This document shows positions 8,434 through 17,163 of a stretch of 26,715 nt of DNA, one piece after another; the stretch's first letter is position 1; each line of letters opens with the position of its first letter. The DNA lies in IMG/VR virus record IMGVR_UViG_3300024247_000018, positions 1 to 26,715 of that record; one strand, written 5' to 3'. The translations under genes were made by a program, and so were the position numbers. A model generated the notes under the pieces. It had not been told where the DNA came from and searched no databases. It saw nothing but the letters and a program-made list of their open reading frames with translations. Origin of the DNA: a virus. Its lineage: Duplodnaviria > Caudoviricetes.

Positions 8434-11400
8434 TTAAGATGGATCAGGTAACACTGTTATTGTGTCTTGTCCGGTAATCGAGCCACCGGGCCCTGTCACC
8501 GTCATTGTCACAGTGTGGTCTCCTTCTGCTGTGAATCCATAATTAGGAGTAAAATAGAAAGCCCCTGGAGTATAATTTACAACATCTGTTGCTGTTCCTG
8601 AAGGTCCTGTAATCGTGTATTCTACTGAGTCAATATCACCTTCTGCCTGTATAAATCCTCTACCTGTTGATCCAAATAGGGCAGTCCCTACAATACCTGA
8701 CCATTCAGGTTCTACCAACCAAGTTGGAGGAATAGGGTCAACTGATCCAAATACTTCAAAACTTACTGTTTGAGCTGCTGTAGTTCCTTGACTATTTTGT
8801 ATAGTAAGAGTAGCAGTTTTTGTTCCTACATCTTCTATTGTAAATGATGTTGCACCTGTAGACCCACTTGGTAGAGCTAAATCACTATAATTCACGTCAT
8901 AATTGGTTACAATACTTGCGGAAGATGCATTTGCAACTTGATAAATTAGTCTAACTGGTGTGTTTATTTCTACATCGCCAAATGGTTCTGGATAAAATGC
9001 ACTAATTGTAGGTTCTGGTGCATTAACTGGTATAGTTACTGTTGCAGTAACATTGCCGCCTGCATTAGATGCTGTAATTGTAGCAGTAACATTGCCTGTT
9101 CCGTCTGCTTCTTCAAATATTATTATATCACTACTTCCGTTAAGCGTAGCGTAGGTATCGAGCTGTGATACTCCTAGTCCTCCTAGAGTTACAGTAACAG
9201 TGTCAGCATTTACCACATTCCATGTTGCAAAAATAGGATCTCCCCAGTATGCAACACTTCTATTAAATGACCAGCTAGTGATAGTAGGAGGATCTATTTC
9301 AATTGGTGGTTCTTCGCCGTCGGTACTTGTATCATTTATTGTAATACTTGCAGATATTGATGTATTATCTATTGTTAGCGTCATTACTTCTTGGCCTTCA
9401 GTAATTACATCTGCTACTGGGTTGTAATTCTTTATTGCTGTATTAGCATAGACTGTAAATGCATCTTGTAATTCGTTTGATAGAGTGCCTCCAGGAGTAC
9501 CCCTATTTCCTACTGTTCCAAAATTGCCTCTATCATATACAACACCGTTGCCTGCAGTTATGAATGGTTTATCTTGTGTTGTAGAAGCTTCAAGGCCATT
9601 TAATCCGCCAAAGGTCTCAGTTTCTTTACCAGCCTGGTAGAAAAAGTTATCCATTGTTGTTGTTCGAGAAGCGCCTTCCTGTATAGCATTTGTCCAATAT
9701 GCTATACCGTATGCCCTTCCTTTTCTATGTAAGCCATATCTAGTGCCTATAGATGTATTAAATTCATCATTACTTTCAAATAAGTTTTGTATAAAGTCTT
9801 TATCTGATAGTACTGATTCTTTTGTTGAAGTCCAGTTGAACACTGGCTGGAACTCGTCATACCAGTCGTCCCAAGTATATGATACTCCTGATCCGCTTCC
9901 AGTACCAATTAAGTATGTTTTGTTAGGTGTAAGTGATCTTGAGGAGTCAGTTTCAGTTCCGTTTGCCTGTATTTCATACCTAGGATTGTCGCTATCATTT
10001 ACAGCACTCCAGAATACGTTTTCCCAAGCGGATACATTTCTATTATACTGACGTATATATCTTGGTGTCCAATATGCTATTCCGGCTGCATCGGGCAGTC
10101 TAAACAGTCCATATCTTGTACCATAATTTTGTGTTTGATATTCATTGTTTGAATTATAATACGTATATATAAAATTAAAACCTTCTATCGCTTCTTCTTT
10201 AGTTAGGCCCGCAAGCAATGAATTTTGAAATTCGTTATACCAATCATCTAAGGTGTAAGTTCCGTCTGAAAGGTCTTCACGTTGAATTCCAGTTATAGTA
10301 AATGGTACTTGTGTACCGTTTGTTACGTTAGTAGTTGTTAGTATGAAACTAACTGTGCCGCCTTCATTCATACTTGTTGAACTCGGAGTGACTGTGTATG
10401 TTGCATCACCTGCTGCTGCACTGCTGTCATTTATCAAAATAGATGTTCGTGCTAGACTATTATCTAGTGCAATTTCAAATGTTTCTATTCCTTCTGATTC
10501 AGAATCTGCTACGACTGCAAAAGTTGCTATTCCTATACCATTGCTATTAACTGTAAAATTACCTGTTAACTCGCCTGATACTAGGTCAGCAGCACTTACA
10601 CCTGTAATGGTATACGGTACTGTGCTTCCTGATGGAACATTAAATGTACTTAATGTAACAGTAAATGCCGATCCTTCGTTAACTGCAGACACACTCGGTG
10701 TCAATACATATGAAGCGCCGTCAGTTGGTGCTTGACCTGTTAGGTCAACATTTGTAAATACGCCTGGCGCCGGAACAGTTACGTCTCCAGTAGCTCTATA
10801 CAACGTAATTAAACTTCTTAGAGTTCCGTCAACATTATTATCTACATTACCGTCAGCTGCAACATCGTTAAATTCAACTCTAAAAGATAGTTGGGTTTCA
10901 CTTACTGCTCTTGCTTTTATTATAAAAATATTCCCTGCATACACACCACTGTAAGATCCTGCACCAATTTTAGTATATATAGTTTGATATCCGCTAGTTA
11001 AAGTAAAATTACCTACGCTAGTTCCACTTCCAGTAGTAGCAGTTGTAGCAGAACTGTTAAATCTTACTATTCCTACTTCGTTTGTTAATGCTGCCCAATC
11101 TAAACCTTTAGGAGTGCTAGCATTTTCGTTAGTCGGGTCAATTCTAATTTCGCCGCCTGTATTAAAATAGTGGCGTCTAGCATCGCTACTGCCAAACGTT
11201 ACAGTAAACTCATGAAATATTAAACTATTCCAATTACTCGTTCTTGTTGAAGTAACTGCTGTCTGAGAGCTTGCTTGGCTAGGATGAACATTATTTTTGT
11301 CAGTTTCAGTCTTGCCCATCAACGTTTCAAAATCTGCAATACCCTTTTTTGTTCCTTGTGGGTCTTCAGTTTCTATCCCGTCATTATTAATAATAAACGA

Positions 11401-11664
11401 AGTATCGTCTGCAATTACGTTTTGATTTTCTAAAACTGTTTGAATTTCTGTAACACTAGGGTCACTCGGACCAACTTGGTGAATTCTAGCTTTTACAATA
11501 TCTATGTATAAATTATTTAAGTTATCAGCATCAATTAAATCTCCCGGTAACACTTGAGAACTTTGTATGATCTGTCCATAACCGGTTGTACCGGAGCCAT
11601 TACCTAAAATTAGTTCAATCCTAGATTGTAGGTTATTAATTCTTGCTGCGGTAACTTCTTGCAT
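8434..11664 (-). CDS. Multi-domain virion protein: FNxGGEIR domain + 2 Calx-beta-like repeats + 2 inserted domains + 3 Ig/PKD-like domains
   Basis: 1076 aa; AAGGA RBS. Repeats of the form YxxTPS...NEG...VPYTITG...AD...EG.E.....D.......IND. C-terminal Thr-rich beta-sandwich units (PPTITSW, EPTISAF, TVTMTVTGPGGS). Confidence 0.75.
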   Translation of the reverse strand: MQEVTAARINNLQSRIELILGNGSGTTGYGQIIQSSQVLPGDLIDADNLNNLYIDIVKARIHQVGPSDPSVTEIQTVLENQNVIADDTSFIINNDGIETEDPQGTKKGIADFETLMGKTETDKNNVHPSQASSQTAVTSTRTSNWNSLIFHEFTVTFGSSDARRHYFNTGGEIRIDPTNENASTPKGLDWAALTNEVGIVRFNSSATTATTGSGTSVGNFTLTSGYQTIYTKIGAGSYSGVYAGNIFIIKARAVSETQLSFRVEFNDVAADGNVDNNVDGTLRSLITLYRATGDVTVPAPGVFTNVDLTGQAPTDGASYVLTPSVSAVNEGSAFTVTLSTFNVPSGSTVPYTITGVSAADLVSGELTGNFTVNSNGIGIATFAVVADSESEGIETFEIALDNSLARTSILINDSSAAAGDATYTVTPSSTSMNEGGTVSFILTTTNVTNGTQVPFTITGIQREDLSDGTYTLDDWYNEFQNSLLAGLTKEEAIEGFNFIYTYYNSNNEYQTQNYGTRYGLFRLPDAAGIAYWTPRYIRQYNRNVSAWENVFWSAVNDSDNPRYEIQANGTETDSSRSLTPNKTYLIGTGSGSGVSYTWDDWYDEFQPVFNWTSTKESVLSDKDFIQNLFESNDEFNTSIGTRYGLHRKGRAYGIAYWTNAIQEGASRTTTMDNFFYQAGKETETFGGLNGLEASTTQDKPFITAGNGVVYDRGNFGTVGNRGTPGGTLSNELQDAFTVYANTAIKNYNPVADVITEGQEVMTLTIDNTSISASITINDTSTDGEEPPIEIDPPTITSWSFNRSVAYWGDPIFATWNVVNADTVTVTLGGLGVSQLDTYATLNGSSDIIIFEEADGTGNVTATITASNAGGNVTATVTIPVNAPEPTISAFYPEPFGDVEINTPVRLIYQVANASSASIVTNYDVNYSDLALPSGSTGATSFTIEDVGTKTATLTIQNSQGTTAAQTVSFEVFGSVDPIPPTWLVEPEWSGIVGTALFGSTGRGFIQAEGDIDSVEYTITGPSGTATDVVNYTPGAFYFTPNYGFTAEGDHTVTMTVTGPGGSITGQDTITVLPDPS
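9499..10257 (-). repeat. Inserted domain copy A (aa470-722 of 8434..11664), itself interrupted by copy B
   Basis: YTLDDWYNEF...YGTRYGLFRLPDAAGIAYW...RSLTPNKTYLIGTG-[SGSGVS + copy B]-NFGTVGNRG. Confidence 0.85.
9526..9879 (-). repeat. Inserted domain copy B (aa596-713 of 8434..11664)
   Basis: YTWDDWYDEF...GTRYGLHRKGRAYGIAYW...GNGVVYDRG. 40 of the first 62 aa are identical to copy C (hand count), and there is a 17-nt exact match between 9857..9873 and 8278..8294. Confidence 0.9.
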
Positions 11665-11673
11665 GATAATCCT

Positions 11674-13158
11674 TTATACCTTGAGAACACATTCTATCAG
11701 TTTTTCTTCTGCCTCGTCACTAGATTCTAAAGCAATACCTACTAAGCTGCCTCCATTCATTAGTGTACTTGCACATCCGTTATCGTCTACATAAACTGAT
11801 TGGCCTTTTTTAACTGTGCCTACAACTCGTACTGGTAGTCTTCCTTTTAGTCCGATGTATTGGCCGTCAGCTTCGCTATTCATCATAAATGCAGGATCAG
11901 TAGACACAACTCCAATTGCTATGCGCCCTTTGGATGTTTCTTCAACTTCATGGTCTTCATGCTCGCATACGCAAACTACAGTTCCTGCTTGAAGTTCTCC
12001 ACTAGTTGAATATTTTTCTGCTAAGTCAGCATATCGTGCTTGAGTAGCAGTACCTTGGAATAAATTTGCTGCTATGTTGCCCGTAGCGTCACGAACTGCA
12101 ATTGTATTATTAGCTGTTCCTACAGACGCTGTTCTATAATTTCCTGATCCGTCGTTTAATGACGCTGCTTTAGTTGCAACTCCAACAAAACTACTTGCAT
12201 ATATATCGTTCCATGTTAACGATGCACTACCTAAATCATAATTATTATTTATAGATGGATTTAACCCTGTACTAGTAAGTGTTGCAATATGAGTTTCTAC
12301 ACCACTGCTATTTGTTGCTTTAAATTTTATCTTACTATTTAAACCTGTAATATTTGAAATAACAGCTTCAGTTCCATTTTCTACAAATATTCTTAAGTCT
12401 TGACTGTCTCCTATTTGTATGCCTTGATCTGGAAATGATACCGAAGTAGTAAATGTAGGATTTGACGTTTGTATAAATTGATTCGCCGTTAATCCTTGCA
12501 ATCTATCTGAATCTAATGCAGTTCCTCCAAAACTTTGGCGCGGTGTTGTAAATGGAGTATAAGATGCTGTTGTATAATTTGGCAAAGTAATACCGTTATA
12601 TATAGTGCTATATCCTGCATCACTCAAAGATGTTTCACTTGCATTTAACACAAAATAGTCAAAGCTAATTATAGATACAACGTTGTCATTTACTGTTGCT
12701 GCAATTACGCTTCTAGTTGCTCCGCCACTATCTAGTACTTCACGACTTTGCATCTGTGTCACGCCTTCGCCAGCGTTTTGTGGACCAATTAAAACAAAAG
12801 CAGTGCCATTATAGACATATAACTGATCATTAGTGTTATCCCACCAAAAGTCACCTTCTGTAAGTCCTGCAGGGTCATCTGCACCAACTTCGGCGCCGCC
12901 GGTAGTTCGCCATTGTGTTCCGTCATAAAATTTTAATTTACTGTTACCACTGTCAAACCAAACTTGACCGCTTATTGGTCTTGCTGGTTGATTTGCTCCG
13001 CTAAAGTTTTCTAGCAAAAACAAAAAGTTTTCATTTTGTATTTCGCCGTAACCAGCATAATTTTTTCCGATAAATTTAAGATCAGTTGTTTGATCTACTG
13101 TACCGTCTTCTACTGTTGTTAACAGTGTGTTATTATATCTATCAATTTGATACGCCAT
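11674..13158 (-). CDS. Tail-fibre-like protein with C-terminal Peptidase G2-like (autocleaving chaperone) domain
   Basis: Shared N-terminal anchor (GKNYAGYGEIQNENFLFLLENF...GQVWFD...LKFYDG) and fibre motif NNNYDLGSASLTWNDIY. C-terminus YADLAEKY...GVVSTDPAFMMN...IGLKGRLPVRVVGTVKKG...GIALE. Confidence 0.7.
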   Translation of the reverse strand: MAYQIDRYNNTLLTTVEDGTVDQTTDLKFIGKNYAGYGEIQNENFLFLLENFSGANQPARPISGQVWFDSGNSKLKFYDGTQWRTTGGAEVGADDPAGLTEGDFWWDNTNDQLYVYNGTAFVLIGPQNAGEGVTQMQSREVLDSGGATRSVIAATVNDNVVSIISFDYFVLNASETSLSDAGYSTIYNGITLPNYTTASYTPFTTPRQSFGGTALDSDRLQGLTANQFIQTSNPTFTTSVSFPDQGIQIGDSQDLRIFVENGTEAVISNITGLNSKIKFKATNSSGVETHIATLTSTGLNPSINNNYDLGSASLTWNDIYASSFVGVATKAASLNDGSGNYRTASVGTANNTIAVRDATGNIAANLFQGTATQARYADLAEKYSTSGELQAGTVVCVCEHEDHEVEETSKGRIAIGVVSTDPAFMMNSEADGQYIGLKGRLPVRVVGTVKKGQSVYVDDNGCASTLMNGGSLVGIALESSDEAEEKLIECVLKV

Positions 13159-13186
13159 TTTTTGTCAAGCCCCTAAGTAATATACT

Positions 13187-13199
13187 TATTTATATTTAT
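13187..13199 (-). promoter_or_regulatory. Putative late promoter: overlapping ATAAATA / TATAAATA
   Basis: Minus strand ATAAATATAAATAAGTATA in the 46-nt gap before the 13158 start; contains an exact T4-type TATAAATA (13194..13187). Confidence 0.6.
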
Positions 13200-13204
13200 C
13201 GTTT

Positions 13205-15106
13205 TTATGGATATGCAGTGTCACTAACAAAATTCCATGCAGCACCATCTGAAGAAAAAGTAATAAGTTGTCTAGATGGTGTAAGCGTAGCACTACCAGA
13301 TGCAGTAGCATTTGCTACAATATCCTGTACAACTGCACCTGTGCCGCCTCCGGCTAGATCAACTTCTATAAATGATTTTTGTAAAACTTCTGTATTAGTA
13401 TCTGCAACAGATACATTAATACCACTAACTGTAGCACCAGAATAAGACGTTGCATGTATCTTAGCTGGTTTACCAGCATTTCCTAGTGCAGCAGGATATA
13501 AGTCATTTAAATATGTGATTAAGTTAGAATATAATGTTGCACCTATGCCTAAACCTGTAATATCCATAGAAAACACAATTGGTTCAATTGCGATTTGAGT
13601 ATCTGCATAGATTTTTGTAGCTGCATCTTGATTCTGGGTAGGATTAGCTAAACCTGTTATTTTTTGGTTATCTGTAACATGTATGTCGCCGGCACCTGTA
13701 ATTAAAATTCCTCTGCCGTCAATATCTGCGCCGTTTGCTATAACATTAAGTGTAGTAGCACTTTGTACAGTATTATTAATTGTAATTGTACCTTGTACTT
13801 CTAAGTTCTGTAGTTGACCTACTCTGGTAATACCAGTTGCAGTAACAATACTAGGATCGATTGTTGTATTAGTAAGTTTATCTACTCCGCCAATCTTATA
13901 ACTTGATGTAGTATTAAGTAAGTCAAAGTTTACGTTCGATGTAAATGCATTTGTAACATTTTTCCAAAGTATATCTTTACTTCCTGCACTACTGTTAACG
14001 CTAATACCAGATGCATCTGCTTGTATATTAGTAAGTTCTGTACTATCGTTTAATACACCAATTTCAATAATTTTATCTTCAACTCTTAGAGTTTGTACAT
14101 CAAGTGCAACTCTGTCGCCTTCAACAACTAAGTCTCCAGTTACTCTTAAGTCCCCGTTTACATCTAAAGTATACTGAGGTGTATTTGTAAAAATGCCTAC
14201 ACGTTCTGTTGATGCATCTATGTACAATGCATCAACAATAACTGCACCCGATGGCGTAGTTCTGACACGCAAACTTATATCATTATCTAATAATTGATTT
14301 TCAAAATAAAATCTTGGACCAACAACTTTTTGAACATGGTTTTGTGATAGACCGACTGTTAATCCACCTGAGTTTTGAATTGTTAGTGTACCGACGGTAA
14401 CTCCGTTAGCGTCCGAAGGCAAAAATTGATCAGCTGTTCTTATAACGCCAGCTCCTGTAATAAGAGCATTAGCACCACTAGCAGTACCATAAAATCTAAA
14501 ATTAGTAGCGTTAATTACATTTATGCCTTCATTTATTATTCCAGATGGATTATCATCTGTTACTAATCCTAAAATTCTTTGGCTATAAACAGGCGTAAAT
14601 GTTAATCCGCTTAACACAGCAACTAGTTCGCCGCCGATATATAAATTTGCCAGTGTTCTTGATCGAGATTGAGTATCTAGTATGCTTTCAATTTTAAATC
14701 CACTCACATCTTGTGATTCAGTATATTGCGGTCCAACTAAAATTAAATCATTGCCATCAAATGCATAAAGTTGATTTTTTAAATTATCAATCCATAAATC
14801 GCCAGCGACCATTTGCGGTCTAGTATTCTGTACATAAGGGCCGCCGCTGGCTTTCCATGTTGTGCCGTCATAGATTTTTAATCTTTCGTCTGACTTGTCA
14901 TACCATAGTTGACCTACTAACGGATTAGTAGGAGCCGAAGTGTTAGCAAAATTTTCAAGTAGTTTAATAAAGTTTTCATTAAACGCTTCGCCGTATCCTG
15001 AGTAGTTTCTGCCAACTAAAACAAGGTTAGTAGACGAATTATCAATTTGTCCATCTATTAATTCAGTAAGTAACGTTCCGTCTGTTTTGTTTAGTTGATA
15101 ACTCAC
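13205..15106 (-). CDS. Tail-fibre/baseplate-associated structural protein
   Basis: GTG start with GGAG RBS. Same N-terminal anchor (GRNYSGYGEAFNENFIKLLENF...GQLWYD...LKIYDG); fibre-type motifs VGIFTNTPQYTLDVNG and ITGLANPTQNQDAATKIYAD. Confidence 0.7.
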   Translation of the reverse strand: MSYQLNKTDGTLLTELIDGQIDNSSTNLVLVGRNYSGYGEAFNENFIKLLENFANTSAPTNPLVGQLWYDKSDERLKIYDGTTWKASGGPYVQNTRPQMVAGDLWIDNLKNQLYAFDGNDLILVGPQYTESQDVSGFKIESILDTQSRSRTLANLYIGGELVAVLSGLTFTPVYSQRILGLVTDDNPSGIINEGINVINATNFRFYGTASGANALITGAGVIRTADQFLPSDANGVTVGTLTIQNSGGLTVGLSQNHVQKVVGPRFYFENQLLDNDISLRVRTTPSGAVIVDALYIDASTERVGIFTNTPQYTLDVNGDLRVTGDLVVEGDRVALDVQTLRVEDKIIEIGVLNDSTELTNIQADASGISVNSSAGSKDILWKNVTNAFTSNVNFDLLNTTSSYKIGGVDKLTNTTIDPSIVTATGITRVGQLQNLEVQGTITINNTVQSATTLNVIANGADIDGRGILITGAGDIHVTDNQKITGLANPTQNQDAATKIYADTQIAIEPIVFSMDITGLGIGATLYSNLITYLNDLYPAALGNAGKPAKIHATSYSGATVSGINVSVADTNTEVLQKSFIEVDLAGGGTGAVVQDIVANATASGSATLTPSRQLITFSSDGAAWNFVSDTAYP

Positions 15107-15107
15107 T

Positions 15108-17159
15108 TTATTCTCCAGTATATATTATGTAGTTTACAGATAAAAATGGATTCATAGTTTCTATTGGTTGATTAAGGTCCCCTGTAGTTTTTACGCCACC
15201 ACTTGCAGGAAATGCTTGAGTTCCTCCTGTGCCTGGATCTATTGTAAATGTTATTGCTTCTTCATCAACTGGTTCGCCTGCGCCTACTCGCAGTCCATAA
15301 TATTGCGTTCCTGACGGCGCTTCCATATCGTGCTCGTGTTCAGGTAAATTATCTGTGTTAATTGTACTTGCTTCTCTTCCTGCATTTCCGCCTATTGCAT
15401 CTGCTGCAATATCGGTAACTCTGTTTGCAGATTGTCCTCCCATATTGTCTAAACCTAATGCAAATCGTCCGCGCAAATCTGGAAGTGCAAAACTGTTTAC
15501 TCCCTCATCTGCAAGCAAAGTTGCGTCTTTAAAGTTAAATCCAATTGCAACAAACAACTCAGTATAATCTGATTTTAAAACTTCTGAGCCGTCGCAAAAT
15601 AACCATCCTTGGGGAGCATTTTCTCCGCCATAGGGCATTATTGCACCTGGCGGAACTAAAGGAAGAGTTTTAAGGAAATTTCTTTTTGATATTCTATATA
15701 CACCAGTTGTTCCAGTTGTTGCATTTAGCAATAATTCGTCTGCATTAGATGCTTCAAATGTTAAATCTTTATTAGCAATAAAACTGTTAGCAACCTTTAT
15801 GTTAAAAGATTTACTGGTGCCGCCTTCTTGGCCGTCAAATTCAAAACTATTGTTTTCTACATCACCTGTTACAGAAAATGTAGTTGCAGCCGAAAGTCTA
15901 TCTGCAGACCCTGCTCTACCAGTAATTGTACCACTAACATTACCTTGTACATTACCTATAAAGGTATTAGCAAAAATTTGATCATATTTGTTATTTGTTG
16001 TACCAACATTTCTTGTACCAGACGTATCGGGAGCAATATTTCCTGTTTGTAATATTCCTCCTATATCTACGTTGCCGCCGACAAATAAATTTAAAGCAAT
16101 TCCGGCGCCGCCGCTGGTTGTAATAGAACCGCTGTTTATACTTGTGCTGTTGTTAGTGCTAGTTATGTTAAATATGCCAGATTCCGGAGAACCATCTCTA
16201 GGAGATATTGTTATATCACCTTTGACATCTAATTCTGTTTCTGGTGCAGTGGTATTAATTCCAACAAAACCTTCAGAATCTAATCGCATAACTGTAGGTA
16301 ATCCATTGGCTGTTTTCAACCTAAAATCAATATTAGATCCTACAATATTTTGTTGCAAAATTATTGCTTCATTTTCTACAGCAACTTTTAGTTGATTCCC
16401 TGAACCAACTGATACTCCTTCGTCATTTTTTACTATTAAAGGAAAACTTGTTTGGCTTATTGCATTGCCTCTAAGGAAATTTATTGCAGGTACAACTTCT
16501 TCACCAATAATAAGTGCTTCTGCTTTTTCAGAAATACCATTATATTTTAAAGTGTCATTAACTAAAGGCTGGTTAGTAATATTCATGCCAGCCTTTATAC
16601 CTTGTCTAAAACCTGGAATTACTGTTTTAGGCACAAAGTCGCTGTCTGATATAATTATTGCAGGCTTATCTTTAATTTTAATAGTTAATACTGAATAAAC
16701 ACTATCATTAGCGCCTATAATATTTTCAGATTGTGTACCTGTTAACAGTCCGTCACTAAATTCTGGACCAACTAACACCCAAGCAGCGCCAGTAAACAAA
16801 TATAGCTGCTGACTATCTGTGTTTACCCACAGATCACCTGATATGCTATTAGATACTTCTGGTTGACTTGTGCTTTTCTTCAATCCTCCGCTAGCAGTCC
16901 ATGTTGTGCCATCATATACTTTAAGTTGATTAACGCCTTCACTACTATCATACCATAACTGCCCTTCTACTGGTCGATCTGGGGAATTATTATTTGCAAA
17001 ATTTTCTAAGAGATGTAAAAAATTTTCTGCAATAGCCTGACCGTACGAAGTAACGTTACGGCCGGGTATAGTTAAGCTTGTCTCTTCATTAAGAGTAGCA
17101 TCTTCTACTATTATTGTTCCTTTGTTTACAATATCTGTATAACTAATTTGATATGCCAT
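15108..17159 (-). CDS. Tail fibre protein with phage tail collar domain
   Basis: Same N-terminal anchor (GRNVTSYGQAIAENFLHLLENF...GQLWYD). Collar signature PPGAIMPYGG...PQGWLFCDGS...Y.ELF..IG...FALPDLRGRF (~15463..15657), then NLPEHEH and NPFLSVNYII as in short-fibre/MdpB-like tips. Confidence 0.85.
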   Translation of the reverse strand: MAYQISYTDIVNKGTIIVEDATLNEETSLTIPGRNVTSYGQAIAENFLHLLENFANNNSPDRPVEGQLWYDSSEGVNQLKVYDGTTWTASGGLKKSTSQPEVSNSISGDLWVNTDSQQLYLFTGAAWVLVGPEFSDGLLTGTQSENIIGANDSVYSVLTIKIKDKPAIIISDSDFVPKTVIPGFRQGIKAGMNITNQPLVNDTLKYNGISEKAEALIIGEEVVPAINFLRGNAISQTSFPLIVKNDEGVSVGSGNQLKVAVENEAIILQQNIVGSNIDFRLKTANGLPTVMRLDSEGFVGINTTAPETELDVKGDITISPRDGSPESGIFNITSTNNSTSINSGSITTSGGAGIALNLFVGGNVDIGGILQTGNIAPDTSGTRNVGTTNNKYDQIFANTFIGNVQGNVSGTITGRAGSADRLSAATTFSVTGDVENNSFEFDGQEGGTSKSFNIKVANSFIANKDLTFEASNADELLLNATTGTTGVYRISKRNFLKTLPLVPPGAIMPYGGENAPQGWLFCDGSEVLKSDYTELFVAIGFNFKDATLLADEGVNSFALPDLRGRFALGLDNMGGQSANRVTDIAADAIGGNAGREASTINTDNLPEHEHDMEAPSGTQYYGLRVGAGEPVDEEAITFTIDPGTGGTQAFPASGGVKTTGDLNQPIETMNPFLSVNYIIYTGE

Positions 17160-17163
17160 ATTT

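Larger units (their letters stand above)
9325..10710 (-). repeat. Two Calx-beta-like repeats; the first intact (10420..10710), the second split into 10270..10398 and 9325..9486
   Basis: Repeat 1: ...VPYTITGVSAADL-VSGELTGNFTV...VADSESEGIETFEIALDN...SILINDSS. Repeat 2: ...VPFTITGIQREDL-[~260 aa]-LSNELQDAFTV...VADVITEGQEVMTLTIDN...SITINDTS. Confidence 0.8.

Noticed and set aside
8278-9873. Copies B and C as a DGR template/variable repeat pair
   Set aside because: Differences are not adenine-specific, both copies are coding and diverged throughout, and there is no reverse transcriptase in the window.
7938-10257. Inserted domains as inteins or introns
   Set aside because: No N-terminal Cys/Ser block A, no TxxH block B and no C-terminal HN followed by C/S/T. 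The frames are fully open with protein-level conservation, and no group I/II intron features were seen.
9499-10257. Target-site duplications or terminal inverted repeats around the inserts
   Set aside because: Only short Gly/Thr-codon matches such as GGTACT were found, and they do not bracket a copy consistently, so they cannot be distinguished from chance.
13163-13168. TTGACA upstream of the 13158 start
   Set aside because: It is only 4 nt before the ATG and has no credible -10 hexamer 16-18 nt downstream.
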